Of a stretch of 41,083 nucleotides of DNA, positions 39,301 to 41,083 are shown one piece after another. The notes under the pieces are model-generated. The model made no database searches, was not told the DNA's origin, and saw only the letters and a list, made by a program, of their open reading frames with translations. Position numbers and translations under genes: made by a program. The number at the start of each line of letters is the position of its first letter. Position 1 is the first letter of the stretch. Source of the stretch: Burkholderiales bacterium (lineage in GTDB: Bacteria; Pseudomonadota; Gammaproteobacteria; Burkholderiales; Ga0077523); the NCBI GenBank assembly GCA_040373665.1, contig JBEICA010000003.1, positions 1-41,083 of the forward strand. Direction: 5' to 3'.

Positions 39301-40121
39301 TCAAACCCCTGTCGCTGCTCCTGTGTCTGTCGGCCGTGCTGTCTCTCGCGGGTTGTGCCACGCCTCCGGGGATTCCGGCAGCGACGGGCGCCGAGAGCGC
39401 CGAGGCGCGCCCCTGCTGTGCAGGCCGGATCCGGCCTGCCGTGCGCTGGGTGCAGGGGTTCGATGTCGATGGCAGCGTGCGGACGGTCCACGTGCTCCCT
39501 GGCGAGCGCGTCGCAGCCGGCCAGTTGCTGGCTGAACTGGATGACCAGCCCTTCGCCCAAGTGGAGGGGGGTGAAATGGCGTCGCTGCAGCAGGCCCGGT
39601 CCCGTCTTGAGGATCTGGGCAACTACATGCGCCCGGAGGATGTACGGCTGTTCTCGCCAGGGCTCGCCGGCGGGAGCGGCGCCGGAGATTCCCTGCGGGC
39701 GGCCGTCCTGGATGCAGAGATCGCCCGTGCGACGGCGATGACACGAGTCTGGCACGCCCGTCTGTCCAGCGAGCGGGCCCGCCTGCGTGCAAGGGCGCGG
39801 GGGCGCGTCGTTGCGGTCGAGGTCGTGGAAGGTCGGCCGGTGACTGCGGGGGCAGGTGTCTTCGTGCTCGAGGACGACGACTTCCTCGAGGTGGTGGCCC
39901 GCGTCCGCGGCGATGATTCCGGCGAGATCAGGCCAGGGCAGCGCGCCATCGTCCAGCGAAATGCCGACGGTGCGATGCTGCATGGGCGGGTGGTGCGGGT
40001 CGAGGCGGGCACACCGGCAGGCGCCAGGGAGGTGGTGGTGGCCGTCGTGGAGCGCGCCGTTCTCCGGGCGGGGGAGGCGGTGCGGGTCGGCTTTCCGGGG
40101 GTGGACAAAAATCTTTTTTGA
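39297..40121 (+). CDS. HlyD/RND membrane-fusion-like lipoprotein
   Basis: Lipobox LAGC; lipoyl half-motifs GSVRTVHVLPGERVAAGQLLAELD and GRVVAVEVVEGRPVTAG; IRPGQRA. Confidence 0.75.
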   Translation: MIKPLSLLLCLSAVLSLAGCATPPGIPAATGAESAEARPCCAGRIRPAVRWVQGFDVDGSVRTVHVLPGERVAAGQLLAELDDQPFAQVEGGEMASLQQARSRLEDLGNYMRPEDVRLFSPGLAGGSGAGDSLRAAVLDAEIARATAMTRVWHARLSSERARLRARARGRVVAVEVVEGRPVTAGAGVFVLEDDDFLEVVARVRGDDSGEIRPGQRAIVQRNADGAMLHGRVVRVEAGTPAGAREVVVAVVERAVLRAGEAVRVGFPGVDKNLF

Positions 40122-40192
40122 CGTTGGACAAACGCTTTGACATTGGACAAACGGCCCGGCTATACTTCGTTCACCGTTTAGACGAAGTCTAA
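40102..40192 (+). promoter_or_regulatory. Rubrerythrin promoter region with tandem repeat and downstream palindrome
   Basis: TTGACA (40137-42), 18 bp, TATACT (40161-66); TTTGACRTTGGACAAACG at 40117 and 40136; palindrome TTAGAC-GAA-GTCTAA (40178-92). Confidence 0.7.
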
Positions 40193-40269
40193 TATCGTCT
40201 GAACAGGATGGGTCGAGTGCCGGCTGCGCCGGCGACGCGACAGTTCAGCCCACCGTTCTGGAGGTTCAC

Positions 40270-40689
40270 ATGCAACTGAAGGGTTCCAAGACCGAAGAAA
40301 ACCTGAAGGCCGCGTTCGCCGGCGAGTCGCAGGCCAATCGCCGCTACCTGTACTTCGCAAACAAGGCCGACGTCGAAGGTCAGAACGACGTTGCGGCCCT
40401 GTTCCGGTCCACCACAGAGGGTGAAACCGGCCACGCGCACGGTCACCTCGAGTATCTCGAGCAGGTGGGCGACCCGGCGACCGGGCTGCCGATCGGCGCT
40501 TCGCGTGACAACCTCAAGGCCGCCGTGGCCGGTGAGACGCACGAGTACACGGACATGTATCCGGGCATGGCCAAGACCGCCCGCGACGAAGGCTTCGACG
40601 AAGTCGCCGACTGGTTCGAAACCCTTGCCAAGGCGGAGCGTTCGCACGCAAACCGTTTCCAGAAGGCCCTGGACGCCCTGCAGGACTGA
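40270..40689 (+). CDS. Rubrerythrin, short type lacking the rubredoxin domain
   Basis: [29 protein letters not shown] and AERSH motifs; no C-terminal CxxC; GGAGG SD. Confidence 0.95.
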   Translation: MQLKGSKTEENLKAAFAGESQANRRYLYFANKADVEGQNDVAALFRSTTEGETGHAHGHLEYLEQVGDPATGLPIGASRDNLKAAVAGETHEYTDMYPGMAKTARDEGFDEVADWFETLAKAERSHANRFQKALDALQD

Positions 40690-40708
40690 GGCGTTTCGCT
40701 GTAACGCC

Positions 40709-40737
40709 GCGACCGACGCCGACAAGGTGTCGGTCGC
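40709..40737 (+). other. Intercistronic stem-loop
   Basis: GCGACCGACGCC-GACAA-GGTGTCGGTCGC: 12-bp stem with one G:U pair, no U-tract. Confidence 0.6.
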
Positions 40738-40790
40738 CGGCGGTGTGGCCGCGAATGTGGCCGTCCTCCCACCACACCCGAAACCGACCC

Positions 40791-41083
40791 ATGCGCGAAG
40801 GCAGTCTCGAAGCACCCACACGCCATCCCATCGACTGGAAGAACCCCGACTTCTACGACGAGGGGAAGCTGTTCGAAGAACTGGAGCGGGTGTACGACAT
40901 TTGCCATGGCTGCCGCCGCTGCGTCAGCCTGTGCAACGCGTTTCCGACGCTGTTCGATCTCGTCGACAACAACGAGACCTTGGAAGTCGAGGGGGTCAGG
41001 AAGGAGGATTACTGGAAGGTGGTCGACCAGTGCTACCTGTGCGACCTGTGCTACATGACCAAGTGCCCCTATGTTCCGCCGCA
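40791..41083 (+). CDS. Fe-S oxidoreductase, rubrerythrin-associated (5' part; runs off window end)
   Basis: Manual translation [16 protein letters not shown]...[11 protein letters not shown]...[17 protein letters not shown] shows two ferredoxin-like Cys motifs. Confidence 0.9.
   Translation, partial: MREGSLEAPTRHPIDWKNPDFYDEGKLFEELERVYDICHGCRRCVSLCNAFPTLFDLVDNNETLEVEGVRKEDYWKVVDQCYLCDLCYMTKCPYVPP

Noticed and set aside
40117-40153. Mini CRISPR array
   Set aside because: Only two adjacent 18-bp copies, no spacer and no cas genes.

Overview
GC-rich chromosomal window, probably from a betaproteobacterium (inferred from the GlnRS N-terminal insertion, the Bug-family binding protein and the birA-coaX-SPOR / rfaE2-ferritin-like arrangement). 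No rRNA, tRNA, CRISPR array or mobile element was recognised. The centrepiece (about 19.0-30.7 kb) is a divergent light/photo-oxidative-stress locus. Leftward are a CarH/LitR-type MerR regulator with intact cobalamin-binding motifs, a 45-aa DUF2256-like Cys protein missed by the ORF track, and an FeS-type (6-4) photolyase. Rightward are an unknown small secreted protein, a furan-fatty-acid-type gene set (ufaD-, ufaO-, ufaM-like), exported CHI-fold and DUF3833 proteins, a GPH-family MFS, an SDR, a SnoaL-like protein and a CPD photolyase. GGACAA motifs cluster at this divergent promoter and again at the rubrerythrin promoter about 18 kb away. Other content: pepN (partial), thioesterase, persulfide-dioxygenase-like MBL, nitronate monooxygenase, SulP, exported MsrA/MsrB, MFS, glnS, Usp with an FNR-like palindrome, birA-coaX-SPOR, a YddA/Rv1819c-like ABC transporter, an exported hydrolase-YqgE-dihaem protein-barrel-enolase operon, pxpBCA, a probable truncated barrel, an orphan membrane-fusion protein and the start of a rubrerythrin/Fe-S oxidoreductase operon. 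All calls rest on motif recognition by eye; no searches were run.
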